Below, one piece after another: positions 1 through 9,920 of a stretch of DNA of 62,577 nucleotides. Each line of letters opens with the position of its first letter. The stretch's first letter is position 1. Source of the stretch: an uncultured Lachnospiraceae bacterium. Lineage in GTDB: Bacteria > Bacillota > Clostridia > Lachnospirales > Lachnospiraceae. Both the position numbers and the translations under genes were made by a program. The stretch lies in contig CACZTL010000004.1 in assembly GCA_902784165.1 (NCBI GenBank), positions 1 to 62,577 on the forward strand. Direction: 5' to 3'. A model generated the notes under the pieces. The model was not told where the DNA came from. It searched no databases and worked only from the letters and a program-made list of their open reading frames with translations.

Positions 1-18
1 ACTTTGCGGGTTTTTTAA

Positions 19-945
19 TTAAATTCCGCCTCCCATAAGCAAGCTCTGCACATTAAGAGCATCAGCACCTTCTACCGCATTCTGCTTTACATCATCAGGC
101 ACTGTTACATCTTTTACTTTGTCAAATGAGTTAAACACAACTGACATCTTCATCTCTTCAGCAGTCATTTCCATACCCTGCATTGCTGAAGAACTCTGAG
201 CTTTCATCATCTTTTCTATGGCATCTGCCATATCCGCTTCTATAGCGTAAGGCGTTTCATCATCTGCCCTGAAATAAAGCTGCGTGTCAATATTTAACTG
301 TTCAAGGCTTTTCTTAGTTTCTTCAGGTATCGTCTGTCCTGACGAACCGGCTATTTCCGCGAGCTTTTCACCTTTAACCGTACCGCTCACGAGATAACAG
401 TTGGTGTTATTATAATTAACCGTACCGCTCTGAAGCGTCAGATCAGAAAGGCTGTCCTTTAGCTTAGCGTAAGCTTCTCCGATCTGTGACACACTCAACT
501 GACTGCTTGAATCCGTTAATTCTCCGACTTGGGTCGCAGTTTTAGTCCATGTACCCTCAGCGCCGCTTTCAGCAACCTTTGAATACTGAACCATATCAGC
601 TCCTTCTTTAACAGTATAACTTTCTACCTCAAGCGCCCTTTCCTGACCAAGCGCAGAGACATCCATCTTACCTGTTACATGAGTAGCGCCGTCTTTTATG
701 CCTACAGCATTCATATCAGCTTTATTCTTCATATCCATGCTGATACCGGACGCACTCATATTCATCGCCATGTCCATCTTTACATCCGCATCCATGGATT
801 GCATTTTTGTAAATGTATCTACTGCCTTATCAAGCAGATCATCTTTTGTAACAGCCTGCTTTGTCTGCCCGCCGCATCCTGCAAGTCCTGCAGTGATTGC
901 CACTGTCCCGGCAAGTATTATTCCGGTAAAAATCCTCTTCTTCAT
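19..945 (-). CDS. putative secreted lipoprotein, function unknown
   Basis: ORF 19..984 trimmed to ATG 945, 7 nt behind AAAGGAGA. The N-terminus MKKRIFTGIILAGTVAITAGLAGCGG is a signal peptide plus lipobox Cys. No catalytic motif recognised. Confidence 0.65.
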   Translation of the reverse strand: MKKRIFTGIILAGTVAITAGLAGCGGQTKQAVTKDDLLDKAVDTFTKMQSMDADVKMDMAMNMSASGISMDMKNKADMNAVGIKDGATHVTGKMDVSALGQERALEVESYTVKEGADMVQYSKVAESGAEGTWTKTATQVGELTDSSSQLSVSQIGEAYAKLKDSLSDLTLQSGTVNYNNTNCYLVSGTVKGEKLAEIAGSSGQTIPEETKKSLEQLNIDTQLYFRADDETPYAIEADMADAIEKMMKAQSSSAMQGMEMTAEEMKMSVVFNSFDKVKDVTVPDDVKQNAVEGADALNVQSLLMGGGI

Positions 946-1036
946 AGCGTTCTCCTTTCTGTTTTCGTGTGTAATCCTTTTCATTTCATTTCTACAGCTT
1001 CATTATACTATATTGTGCTAAATTATTAAAGTCTGA

Positions 1037-2089
1037 TTAATCCTCTGTCTGTTCTTCCGCCTGTATTTCTTTATCAGTATCCGCGCCTATCCCATAGGCT
1101 TCTCTGACCTGACGGCTGATATCCTCAAAGAAATCAGGATGATCTATAAGATACTGCTTTGCATTTTCACGCCCCTGACCTATCTTCTCATTGTTGTATG
1201 CAAACCATGCACCGCTTTTGTTGATAATATCCTTCTTGACAGCAAGGTCAAGAAGATCGCCTTCTCTTGATATGCCCGTTCCGTACATAATATCAAACTC
1301 TGCCTCCTTAAACGGCGGAGCTACCTTGTTCTTTACGACCTTGCATACAACATGGTTTCCGACTACATCAGTACCGCTCTTTAACTGCTCCTTTCTTCTT
1401 ACCTCCAGTCTTACGGATGCATAAAATTTCAGAGCCCGACCTCCGGATGTTACTTCGGGATTACCGAACATCACTCCGACCTTTTCCCTGAGCTGATTTA
1501 TAAATATAACCGCACAGTTACTCTTGCTCGTAATGGGCGTAAGCTTTCTTAAAGCCTGCGACATAAGACGCGCCTGAAGCGCTACATGAGTTTCACCCAT
1601 AACTCCCTCTATCTCCTGCTTCGGTACAAGTGCCGCAACAGAATCGACAACTATTATATCTATCGCTCCTGATCTAACCATGGTCTCAGCTATCTCAAGC
1701 GCCTGCTCGCCGCTGTCCGGCTGGGAAATATAAAGATTATCAATATCAACTCCTATCTTTTTTGCATATACGGGATCAAGCGCATGCTCGGCATCTATAA
1801 AACCGGCGATACCGCCCAGCTTCTGCGCCTCAGCAACCATATGGAGAGCTACGGTTGTCTTTCCGCTCGACTCAGGTCCGTAAACCTCTATAACCCTTCC
1901 TCTGGGTATTCCTCCGACTCCGAGCGCCAGATCAAGACTCATACAGCCTGTAGGTATCACGCTGACGTCCATCGTTTCATCGGCATCACCAAGCTTCATC
2001 ACCGAACCCTTGCCGAATTCCTTCTCTATATTAGCTATAGCCGCATCAAGGGCTTTAAGCTTGTCCTCCTTATTTGCAATGTTACTCAT
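1037..2089 (-). CDS. recA: recombinase RecA
   Basis: 350 aa. Walker [10 protein letters not shown] and the conserved [33 protein letters not shown] block. Confidence 0.97.
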   Translation of the reverse strand: MSNIANKEDKLKALDAAIANIEKEFGKGSVMKLGDADETMDVSVIPTGCMSLDLALGVGGIPRGRVIEVYGPESSGKTTVALHMVAEAQKLGGIAGFIDAEHALDPVYAKKIGVDIDNLYISQPDSGEQALEIAETMVRSGAIDIIVVDSVAALVPKQEIEGVMGETHVALQARLMSQALRKLTPITSKSNCAVIFINQLREKVGVMFGNPEVTSGGRALKFYASVRLEVRRKEQLKSGTDVVGNHVVCKVVKNKVAPPFKEAEFDIMYGTGISREGDLLDLAVKKDIINKSGAWFAYNNEKIGQGRENAKQYLIDHPDFFEDISRQVREAYGIGADTDKEIQAEEQTED

Positions 2090-2179
2090 TATTTACCCCT
2101 TTCTTATTTATTCTTGTTATCTTGTGTAAATCATCGGCACATCTTTTAAGTACAGTTAAAGTGTATATTTAATCAGTAA

Positions 2180-2728
2180 TCAGTCGCTCCCATTCATAAC
2201 CCCCTTATTACTTATGAAATAGTCTATTAACGAGACTACGGTGAGCACAAGTGCTGCGTATACAAATATCTGTGTTATGACTATCATAGGCATATTCTTA
2301 AAATCAATTATAAGCAGCATGGTGGCTATCATCTGAACAAAGGTCTTTACCTTGCCCCATTTGCCGGCAGCGATAACCTTTCCCTTATTAGACGCAACAA
2401 GCCTGAATCCGCTTATAATAAATTCTCTTGCTATTATGATTATTACGATCCATCCGAATATCCGCCCAAGATCTGTAAGCGCGATCAGCGCAGAACATAC
2501 TAAAAGCTTATCCGCCAGAGGATCCATAAATTTCCCGAAATCTGTTATGAGATTGTATTTTCTTGCTATGTAGCCGTCAACGGCATCCGTTGCGCTTGCT
2601 ATGCAGAATATAGCAAATGCAACCCAATTTGTTGCGCCGTTATCAGTATTGATATAAAGTATTATCAAAAACAACGGAATCAGCGCGATCCTGAACAATG
2701 TCAGCTTGTTAGGCAGATTCATTTTCAT
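2180..2728 (-). CDS. pgsA: CDP-diacylglycerol--glycerol-3-phosphate 3-phosphatidyltransferase
   Basis: 182 aa, multi-TM. CDP-alcohol phosphatidyltransferase motif DAVDGYIARKYNLITDFGKFMDPLADK. AGGAGG RBS upstream. Confidence 0.9.
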   Translation of the reverse strand: MKMNLPNKLTLFRIALIPLFLIILYINTDNGATNWVAFAIFCIASATDAVDGYIARKYNLITDFGKFMDPLADKLLVCSALIALTDLGRIFGWIVIIIIAREFIISGFRLVASNKGKVIAAGKWGKVKTFVQMIATMLLIIDFKNMPMIVITQIFVYAALVLTVVSLIDYFISNKGVMNGSD

Positions 2729-2765
2729 ATAAACCTCCTTTATAAATGTAAGTAACGTGCATAAC

Positions 2766-2798
2766 GTGTATCAGCAGAACCATCCCTGTTGACACACT
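2766..2798 (-). repeat. type B short element (reverse orientation)
   Basis: The reverse complement AGTGTGTCAACAGGGATGGTTCTGCTGATACAC matches AGTGTGTCAA-N-GGGGACGGTTCT-N-CTGACACAC. Lies 1 nt from the rimO stop codon. Confidence 0.85.
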
Positions 2799-2799
2799 T

Positions 2800-4125
2800 T
2801 CAAGTAACAGCCTCTCCTAAAAGGTCATACTCCGTAGCTCCGGTTATCTTTGCCTTGATAAATGTCCCTGACACCAGGTCACGAGACATCATACCCGGCG
2901 CTACAAATACCTGTCCGTCAACATCCGGCGCATCCCTGTAGGAACGACAGACGTACACATCATCCTCAGGAAGATAGCCGTCAATAATAAGCTCCATGGT
3001 TTTCCCGGTAAATCGTTTTGAAACAGCAGACGATATTTTCTGCTGCAGCTCCATAATTTCATTACGCCTTGCTTTTATCAGTTCAGGATCAACCTTATGA
3101 GCAAAGCCTGCCGCAACAGTTCCCTCTTCTTCGGAATATTCAAATACTCCCAGCCGGTCAAACTCATTATATGAAACAAACTCTTTAAGCACCCCGTGAT
3201 CATACTCCGTCTCTCCGGGGAATCCGGAGATCAGTGTAGTTCTTATACAAATATCCGGTATCTCACGCTTAAGCTTATCAATAATCTTTTCTATACTCTT
3301 TTTGTCTGTTTTACGCCCCATCGCCTTAAGTATGGGATCTGACGCATGCTGCACCGGCATATCTATATAGTTAAGCAATTTAGGCTCATTTTTCATCAAG
3401 TAGATAAGGTCATCCGTAATCTCCTCGGGATAACAGTACAACAGCCTGATCCACTTAAGCTCCTGTATGGTAGCCAGCGCCTTGATAAGCTTTGTAAGAA
3501 GCTTTTTCTTACCCGGCATATCAACGCCGTACATAGTAACCTCCTGGGCAACAAGTATAAGCTCCTTTGCTCCGTTTGCAACAAGATCCTTCGCCCTTTC
3601 CATAAGGTAATCAAGAGGATAAGATCTGTAGGGTCCTCTCACCTTCGGTATGATGCAGTAAGTGCAGTTTTTGGAGCACCCTTCTGCAATCTTCAAGTAT
3701 TCATACCACCCGCCTGTAACACTTACCCTGTCAGCCTTAACTATCGGCATCCTTTCGGGCTTGTCCATGTAAATGTTTTCTTCACCCTCAAGCGCCTCAA
3801 GTATTTTATCAATAGACGTCGTTCCGATAATGACATCTATCTCCGGTATCTCCGTAAGGATCTCATCCTTATACCTTGTAGCCAGGCAACCGCATACAAT
3901 AAGCTTACGACAGACTCCTTCTTCTTTAAAACGCGCCATATCAAGTATAGCCTGAATACTCTCTTCCTTGGCGTCATGAATGAAGCAGCAGGTGTTTATG
4001 ATTATCGCCTCAGCCTGCTGTTCATCATTTGTCAGACTGTGACCGTTTTCCGTCAGAAGACCTATCATCTCCTCGGAATCGACTAAGTTTTTATCGCAGC
4101 CAAGCGATACGAACAATATCTTCAT
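2800..4125 (-). CDS. rimO: ribosomal protein uS12 methylthiotransferase RimO
   Basis: 441 aa. MTTase N-domain SLGCDKNLVDSE, radical-SAM CSKNCTYC, C-terminal TRAM-like segment. Confidence 0.88.
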   Translation of the reverse strand: MKILFVSLGCDKNLVDSEEMIGLLTENGHSLTNDEQQAEAIIINTCCFIHDAKEESIQAILDMARFKEEGVCRKLIVCGCLATRYKDEILTEIPEIDVIIGTTSIDKILEALEGEENIYMDKPERMPIVKADRVSVTGGWYEYLKIAEGCSKNCTYCIIPKVRGPYRSYPLDYLMERAKDLVANGAKELILVAQEVTMYGVDMPGKKKLLTKLIKALATIQELKWIRLLYCYPEEITDDLIYLMKNEPKLLNYIDMPVQHASDPILKAMGRKTDKKSIEKIIDKLKREIPDICIRTTLISGFPGETEYDHGVLKEFVSYNEFDRLGVFEYSEEEGTVAAGFAHKVDPELIKARRNEIMELQQKISSAVSKRFTGKTMELIIDGYLPEDDVYVCRSYRDAPDVDGQVFVAPGMMSRDLVSGTFIKAKITGATEYDLLGEAVT

Positions 4126-4177
4126 TAAGCATTTATCTCCGCAACTATAGATAATCCCGGCTTTTACACCAAAATCC

Positions 4178-5986
4178 TCAACTCAACACATCCTGTCTGC
4201 GCATCCACGCATCCGAATAAGCGTCACTTGGCATCAGAAATCCGCTGCGCGGCGAAAGTGAACACTTAAAAACCTTAGGTCCCACAGGCATACATGACCT
4301 CTTAAACTGATTATTAAAAAATCTTTTTATAAATATCTTAAGAGTTTCCTCTACAGTTTCCCGACTATAGTTTCCTTCAAACTTCCTGCAAGCGTATCCG
4401 GCGATTTGCTCAATACTCTCATACGTGCAGTAAAGCATATGATACAGGAAAAAATCATGCAGCGCATACGGACCGAGGCTGTCCTCCGTCTTTTGAATTA
4501 TTGTATCGTCTTTTCCGACCGGAAGCAGCTCAGGACTGACCGGGGTCTCTATTATATCTTCAATTATCTCAGAAATTAATTCCTTGTCAGCTCTGTCTGC
4601 AACACACGACACATATGTCCTGAGCACCGGCGCTATCACTGTTTTGGGGACTCCCGCATTTACACTGAAGTTCGACATATGATCGCCGTTATAAGTGCAC
4701 CACCCAAGCGCAAGCTCGGACATATCGCCCGTACCGATGACTATAGCATTTTCCTTGTTTGCGATATCCATAAGTATCATAGTCCTGGTACGAGCCTGAG
4801 CATTTTCAAATGTAATATCACTTTTAAATGTTTCAGTACCGTCTTCACCGGTTATTACCGGCTGTCCTATACTTCTCAGATGTGCACAAACCTGATCTTT
4901 TATATCAATCTCTGTAAGGGTAACACCGAAAGCTTTGGCCAGCCGATGTGCGTTTCCTTTGGTTTTTGCGCTCGTTCCGAAGCACGGCATAGTTACACAA
5001 AGGATATCCTTGCGGTCAAGTAAATATCTGTCAAATGCGTTTACTGCCGCCACAAGAGCAAGCGTGGAATCAAGCCCGCCGGAAAGTCCGAGCACTGCCT
5101 TTTTCATATGCAAAAACTTAAGCCTCTCTCCCAGAGCATATGCCTGAATCCTCATGATATCAAGGCATGCCTCGATAGACTTATCCTCGTCTGCCGGCAG
5201 AAACGAATAACTCTCGATGTAATTTATTTTCCTTCCCTTTAAGGGCTCTTCCGGATTATGATCAAAAATCCATATACCTTTTTTTGAAGTGCTGTCTGTG
5301 ACCTTGCCGCCCTGTATAACACATTTCAGACCGCAATATACACATTCATCCACTGACTCACCGGGACCTGATGATACACCGACTACACAGGTGTTATGCG
5401 ACTCTGATATTTCAGATAGCCGACTCAGATATTCGTCCCTGCATCCGGCATACATCTCGCCTGACCAAAGCAGAAAAACTAAATCGCTGTATTCGGAAAT
5501 CTTTCCATTTGCTCCCGCTAAAAAGTCATCATTTGATAAAGCGCCGGAAACGACTTTTGACGGCATGATAAATGCAGCATTTAACCCGCCTATCTCCATT
5601 TCACAGTCACTTGGCACAGCACTGAACTGCTCATCGCCTATCGTCAACGTCATGATCCTGCCCTGAGAAATAATCCGGTATATCTCTCCGTTGCCGATAA
5701 GCGCTATACATCCCTCATCATCTAAGGGAAATCCGACCGCCAGGAGCATATCCTTAAATTCCCGTGACGCCGCTTTTATCCTTGCCAGGGAATCTGTTAC
5801 GGACAGCCTTAAAGTCCCGGTTTTAAAAAGCGAGCCGCACGTACAGCCTGTAATCACAAATGGCGGAAAAACCGCTATATCACAGCCTTTCTTATACGCC
5901 TCTCCGGCTGATTCAATAATGGTACCGGCATTATAGTCACAGTCAGCCGTATGAATTTCGGGTGTTATTGCAGCAATCCTAATCAT
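4178..5986 (-). CDS. nadE: glutamine-dependent NAD+ synthetase
   Basis: 602 aa. N-terminal CN-hydrolase-like domain fused to an NAD synthetase domain with PP-loop SGGLDS. Confidence 0.85.
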   Translation of the reverse strand: MIRIAAITPEIHTADCDYNAGTIIESAGEAYKKGCDIAVFPPFVITGCTCGSLFKTGTLRLSVTDSLARIKAASREFKDMLLAVGFPLDDEGCIALIGNGEIYRIISQGRIMTLTIGDEQFSAVPSDCEMEIGGLNAAFIMPSKVVSGALSNDDFLAGANGKISEYSDLVFLLWSGEMYAGCRDEYLSRLSEISESHNTCVVGVSSGPGESVDECVYCGLKCVIQGGKVTDSTSKKGIWIFDHNPEEPLKGRKINYIESYSFLPADEDKSIEACLDIMRIQAYALGERLKFLHMKKAVLGLSGGLDSTLALVAAVNAFDRYLLDRKDILCVTMPCFGTSAKTKGNAHRLAKAFGVTLTEIDIKDQVCAHLRSIGQPVITGEDGTETFKSDITFENAQARTRTMILMDIANKENAIVIGTGDMSELALGWCTYNGDHMSNFSVNAGVPKTVIAPVLRTYVSCVADRADKELISEIIEDIIETPVSPELLPVGKDDTIIQKTEDSLGPYALHDFFLYHMLYCTYESIEQIAGYACRKFEGNYSRETVEETLKIFIKRFFNNQFKRSCMPVGPKVFKCSLSPRSGFLMPSDAYSDAWMRRQDVLS

Positions 5987-6006
5987 AATTCACTCCGTAT
6001 TTTTGT

Positions 6007-6076
6007 AGTGTGTCAGATGGGGACAGTCCCTTTGTGTCAGTTCTGACACAATGGGACTGTCCCCATCTGACACACC
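6007..6076. repeat. nested palindromic element, type A, full length
   Basis: AGTGTGTCAGATGGGGACAGTCCCTTTGTGTCAG-TT-CTGACACAATGGGACTGTCCCCATCTGACACAC. Lies between valS (stop 6086) and nadE (start 5986). Confidence 0.95.
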
Positions 6077-6085
6077 TACATCCGC

Positions 6086-8719
6086 CTATCGGCAAGCGCC
6101 AAGCTCTCCCTCTACCTTAGCCAGCATCTGCCTGTATTTCTCCAGCTTATCCTTCTCCTCCTGTACCTTTGCGGGCGGAGCTTTAGATATGAATCTCTCG
6201 TTTGAAAGCATACCCTCGCAGCGCTTAACCTCAGCCTCAAGCCTTTCCTTCTCCGCAGTAAGCTTCCTTTTTTCTTCCTCACGGTCAACGAGTCCCTCTA
6301 TAGGCACATAAACAGCTGCATTTTCTATAACAACCGAGAGGGCATCCTCAGGCACTTCCGATTTATCCCGTAATATCTTAAGATCCTCAGCCTTGGCAAG
6401 AAGCTTGAAAATATTGCTGCCCTTTTCAAAACAATTTTGAGCTTCGTCAGTATCCGCAACTATTATTACATTTACCTTTTTGCCGGGCGCTATATCCTTT
6501 TCCGATCTTATATTTCTTACTGCCTTAACAGCTGACTTAAGTACCTCTGTTTCATGCTCCTCTGTCGGAAAATCATATACTTCATTAAACTCCGGCCATT
6601 TTGATATAACGATAGACTCTTCATCTGACTGAAGCGAGCAGAATATCTCCTCAGTTACAAAAGGCATAAACGGATGAAGGAGCTTAAGCAATGTGATCTG
6701 GGCAGTTTTAAGAGTCCATACCGCAGCTTCCTTTGTCGCGTCATTCTCATCGTAAAGACGTGACTTAACCATCTCCACATACCAGTCGCAGAACTCATCC
6801 CATGCATATCCGGATATCTTGTCATAGGCAATACCGAGTTCATATTTTTCAAGGTTCTCGGTTACCTCTCTTACAAGCCTGTTTAAGCCGGAGAGCAGCC
6901 ATTTGTCAGTATCGGTAAGATTACCGGGAATCTCTTTTCCGGCCTTGATCCTACCATCAGGATCGTTCATCATTATAAATCTAGCCGAATTCCACATCTT
7001 GTTGGCAAAATTTCTCGCCGCTTCTACACGAGAAATGTAAAATCTCATGTCATTTCCGGGCGATGTGTTAGAAATCAGAGACGCTCTGAGAGCATCCGCC
7101 CCGTATTTCTCAATTATATCCAGCGGATCTATTCCGTTTCCGAGAGACTTGCTCATCTTTCTTCCTTCGGAATCCCTTACAAGACCATGGAATAAAACGT
7201 CCTTAAAAGGTTTTTTACCCATATGTTCAAAGCCGGAGAACATCATCCTTATAACCCAGAAGAAAAGGATATCATAGCCTGTTACCAAAACATCTGTCGG
7301 ATAGAATTTCTCAAGCTCCTTTGTATCATCAGGCCAACCGAGAGTAGAAAAAGGCCAGAGGGCCGAGGAGAACCAGGTATCCAGAGTATCCTCATCCTGC
7401 CGTAGCTTACCGCCGCACTTAGGGCATTTCTCCCCGTCTCTTTCAAAGACAAAAACATCGTTACATGCATCACAGTAATATGCCGGTATCCTGTGTCCCC
7501 ACCAGAGCTGTCTTGATATACACCAGTCCTTGATATTATCGGTCCAGTGATAAAAGGTCTTGTCCATGCTTGAAGGAACGAGTCTTATATCACCTGTCTT
7601 TACCGCTTCTATCGCAGGCTTTATAAGCTCTTCCATCTTTACAAACCACTGAGGCTTTATCATTGGCTCTACGGTTGTATGACACCTGTCATGCGTCCCT
7701 ACGTTATGTTTATGATCCTCGATCTTTATAAGAAGACCCAGCTCGTCAAGATCCTCAACTATAAGCTTTCTTGCAGCGTAACGGTCAAGTCCGGAATACT
7801 TGCCGTAACCGTCGGCTATAGTCGCATCATCATTTAAAATATTAATCTGCTCCAAATCGTGGCGCTCTCCAACCGCAAAATCATTCGGGTCGTGAGCCGG
7901 CGTAATCTTTACGACACCGGTTCCGAATTCAGGATCCACATACTCATCAGCGATAACAGGTATCTCTCTGTCTGTAAGAGGAAGCTTAACTGTTTTTCCT
8001 ATAATGTCCTTGTAGCGTTCATCATCCGGATGAACAGCTACCGCCGTATCTCCGAGCATAGTTTCGGGTCTTGTCGTAGCAAGGCATACAAATCTTCCCT
8101 CTTCTCCGACGACCGGGTACTTAAGGTGCCAAAACTTACCCTCCTGCTCCTCGTACTCTACCTCGGCATCCGATATGGAGGTCTTACATACAGGACACCA
8201 GTTTATAAGGCGCGCCCCTTTGTAAATGAGACCTTTGTCGTACATATTTACAAATGCTTTGGTTACGGCTCTGCTTAAGCCTTCATCCATAGTGAAGCGC
8301 TCTCTGCTCCAGTCACATGAGGAACCTATTTTTTTAAGCTGCGAAATGATCGTCCCGCCGTACTCTTCCTTCCACTCCCATGTACGTTTAAGGAAAGCTT
8401 CACGCCCGATTTCCTTTTTGTCCTTGCCCTCTTTTCTGAGAGCTTCCGTAACCTTTACTTCCGTAGATATACTTGCGTGGTCTGTTCCCGGCACCCAGAG
8501 AGCTTCATATCCCGTCATCCTCTTAAATCTGATCAGGATGTCCTGCATGGTATTATCAAGCGCATGACCCATATGCAGCTTGCCCGTGATATTGGGCGGC
8601 GGCATAACTATAGTAAAGGGCTTCTTGTCGCTGTCCGCAGAAGCCCTGAAATAACCGTTATCTGTCCATTTTTTATATAATCTTTCCTCGATATCGGAGG
8701 GAGAATATTTTTTTTCCAA
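6086..8719 (-). CDS. valS: valine--tRNA ligase
   Basis: 877 aa. Class I motifs PNITGKLHMGHA (HIGH) and RKMSKSLGN (KMSKS), plus a C-terminal coiled coil. TTG start 9 nt after GAGG. Confidence 0.97.
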   Translation of the reverse strand: MEKKYSPSDIEERLYKKWTDNGYFRASADSDKKPFTIVMPPPNITGKLHMGHALDNTMQDILIRFKRMTGYEALWVPGTDHASISTEVKVTEALRKEGKDKKEIGREAFLKRTWEWKEEYGGTIISQLKKIGSSCDWSRERFTMDEGLSRAVTKAFVNMYDKGLIYKGARLINWCPVCKTSISDAEVEYEEQEGKFWHLKYPVVGEEGRFVCLATTRPETMLGDTAVAVHPDDERYKDIIGKTVKLPLTDREIPVIADEYVDPEFGTGVVKITPAHDPNDFAVGERHDLEQINILNDDATIADGYGKYSGLDRYAARKLIVEDLDELGLLIKIEDHKHNVGTHDRCHTTVEPMIKPQWFVKMEELIKPAIEAVKTGDIRLVPSSMDKTFYHWTDNIKDWCISRQLWWGHRIPAYYCDACNDVFVFERDGEKCPKCGGKLRQDEDTLDTWFSSALWPFSTLGWPDDTKELEKFYPTDVLVTGYDILFFWVIRMMFSGFEHMGKKPFKDVLFHGLVRDSEGRKMSKSLGNGIDPLDIIEKYGADALRASLISNTSPGNDMRFYISRVEAARNFANKMWNSARFIMMNDPDGRIKAGKEIPGNLTDTDKWLLSGLNRLVREVTENLEKYELGIAYDKISGYAWDEFCDWYVEMVKSRLYDENDATKEAAVWTLKTAQITLLKLLHPFMPFVTEEIFCSLQSDEESIVISKWPEFNEVYDFPTEEHETEVLKSAVKAVRNIRSEKDIAPGKKVNVIIVADTDEAQNCFEKGSNIFKLLAKAEDLKILRDKSEVPEDALSVVIENAAVYVPIEGLVDREEEKRKLTAEKERLEAEVKRCEGMLSNERFISKAPPAKVQEEKDKLEKYRQMLAKVEGELGACR

Positions 8720-8753
8720 AATTTTTACCTCGTGTTCTTTTTTTGAATTCTCT

Positions 8754-8823
8754 AGTGTGTCAGCCGGGGACAGTCCCTTTGTGTCAGTAATGACACAAAG
8801 GGACTGTCCCCGGCTGACACACT
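8754..8823. repeat. nested palindromic element, type A, full length
   Basis: Same consensus with spacers CC/GG. Lies 5 nt downstream of the CarD-like stop and 34 nt upstream of the valS start. Confidence 0.95.
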
Positions 8824-8828
8824 AACAT

Positions 8829-9323
8829 TTATTTAACCGACAGAAATGAATCCATCTCCTCACTGACTTCCGTGACTTCTCTGTCAAGTGCTACTGCCAT
8901 TTCACCGTATAATAGCTTTCTTGCCACAGACAGAACCCTGCTGTCGGCAGATTTCATTTTCCTTAAATCTTTAGCCCTTTCGTTTTTGATATTATACAGA
9001 AATCTTATGAGATGAAGCAGGACAAGAGAATCCTGTGATTTAATACATTCATCATACTGACCGGCAGGAATCCTTTCATTCAGAGTTTTATCATCCTTGC
9101 ACTTTTTTGCCTTACTGCGCAACTTGTCACATTCTTTTTTTGATATTATTTCCCTCATGGGAACCTTATTGTCAACAGGTGTATATATCAGTCCTCTGTT
9201 ATCAAAAAAGGGCTGTAAAAAATAATAATCACCGGAAATCCCTTTAATCGGCGGTGTTGCAATATCCGATACGGTACATACACCAACTACTCCGTAAACC
9301 ACCTTGTCATCGACAGCAAACAT
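8829..9323 (-). CDS. CarD/CdnL-family transcriptional regulator-like protein
   Basis: ORF 8829..9392 trimmed to ATG 9323 behind GAAAGGAG; the removed codons read through a repeat copy. N-terminal FAVDDKVVYGVVGVCTVSDI resembles the CarD/TRCF RNAP-interaction domain. Confidence 0.72.
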   Translation of the reverse strand: MFAVDDKVVYGVVGVCTVSDIATPPIKGISGDYYFLQPFFDNRGLIYTPVDNKVPMREIISKKECDKLRSKAKKCKDDKTLNERIPAGQYDECIKSQDSLVLLHLIRFLYNIKNERAKDLRKMKSADSRVLSVARKLLYGEMAVALDREVTEVSEEMDSFLSVK

Positions 9324-9361
9324 ACTTCTTCTCCTTTCTGATATATTTAAAAGTGCGTGTA

Positions 9362-9427
9362 AGTGTGTCAATGGGAACGGTTCTACTGACACGCTGACAC
9401 AATGGTACTGTCACCATCTGACACACT
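9362..9427. repeat. composite copy: type B unit fused to a degenerate type A right arm
   Basis: AGTGTGTCAATGGGAACGGTTCTACTGACAC followed by GCTGACACAATGGTACTGTCACCATCTGACACACT. Lies in the 5' leader of the CarD-like gene. Confidence 0.85.
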
Positions 9428-9476
9428 TTCCCCTCTATTACTCTAATAAAAAGGTCTACGTTGCATAATTAATATA

Positions 9477-9505
9477 AGTATAGACTAAATCCGGAAAAAA
9501 ATCAA
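9477..9505 (-). promoter_or_regulatory. promoter of the CarD-like gene (TTGATT-17-TATACT)
   Basis: Minus strand: -35 at 9500..9505, -10 at 9477..9482. This places repeat copy 9362..9427 inside the ~145-nt leader. Confidence 0.5.
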
Positions 9506-9529
9506 AAAATCATATGAAAGACTTTAAAG

Positions 9530-9561
9530 AAAAAATCGCCGTATCAGAATATGATAAGGCG
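9530..9561 (-). terminator. intrinsic terminator after the HPr-like gene
   Basis: Minus strand: CGCCUUAUCA-UAUUC-UGAUACGGCG followed by AUUUUUU. Confidence 0.7.
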
Positions 9562-9591
9562 AAAGTTCATAAAAAATAACAATTAAGCTTT

Positions 9592-9846
9592 TTAAGCACT
9601 GTATGAGAGAAAATCAGCTATTCCCTCCATGGCACTTTCGGAATCATCGCCTTCCGTAAAAATGTGTACCTCCATCCCCTTTTTAAGCCCGAAAGCCATA
9701 ACGCCCATAAGAGACTTGGCGTTGATGTTCTTACCGCCGCTTTCAAGTCCTATATGGCTTGTGTACCTGCATGCTTCCTCTACGAGCTCTGCAACGGGAT
9801 TTTTGTAGTTACTCTCGATGTCCGAAACGCAAATTGTTCTCTTCAT
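9592..9846 (-). CDS. HPr-family phosphocarrier-like protein (Crh-like, no His15)
   Basis: ATG 9846 behind GAGGTG. The Ser46 region NAKSLMGVM is conserved. The His15 motif GIHARPA is replaced by SNYKNPV. Confidence 0.8.
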   Translation of the reverse strand: MKRTICVSDIESNYKNPVAELVEEACRYTSHIGLESGGKNINAKSLMGVMAFGLKKGMEVHIFTEGDDSESAMEGIADFLSYSA

Positions 9847-9920
9847 TAGTTTCACCTCAAAATTTTTTTAGTCACTAAGTAAAATTTATACAGTAAAAGC
9901 TAATGCTTGTCAATATATTT

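Noticed and set aside
1-18. GCGGGTTTTTT at the window start as a terminator.
   Set aside because: The stem is cut off by the window edge. Strand and ownership cannot be determined.
9343-9371. Element terminus TTGACA (9366..9371) as a promoter for the CarD-like gene, and likewise 11402..11407 for pepD.
   Set aside because: The best -10 candidates are weak (AAATAT, ATAGGA), and the implied transcript start would fall inside or after the RBS. The upstream promoter at 9477..9505 is more credible for the CarD-like gene.
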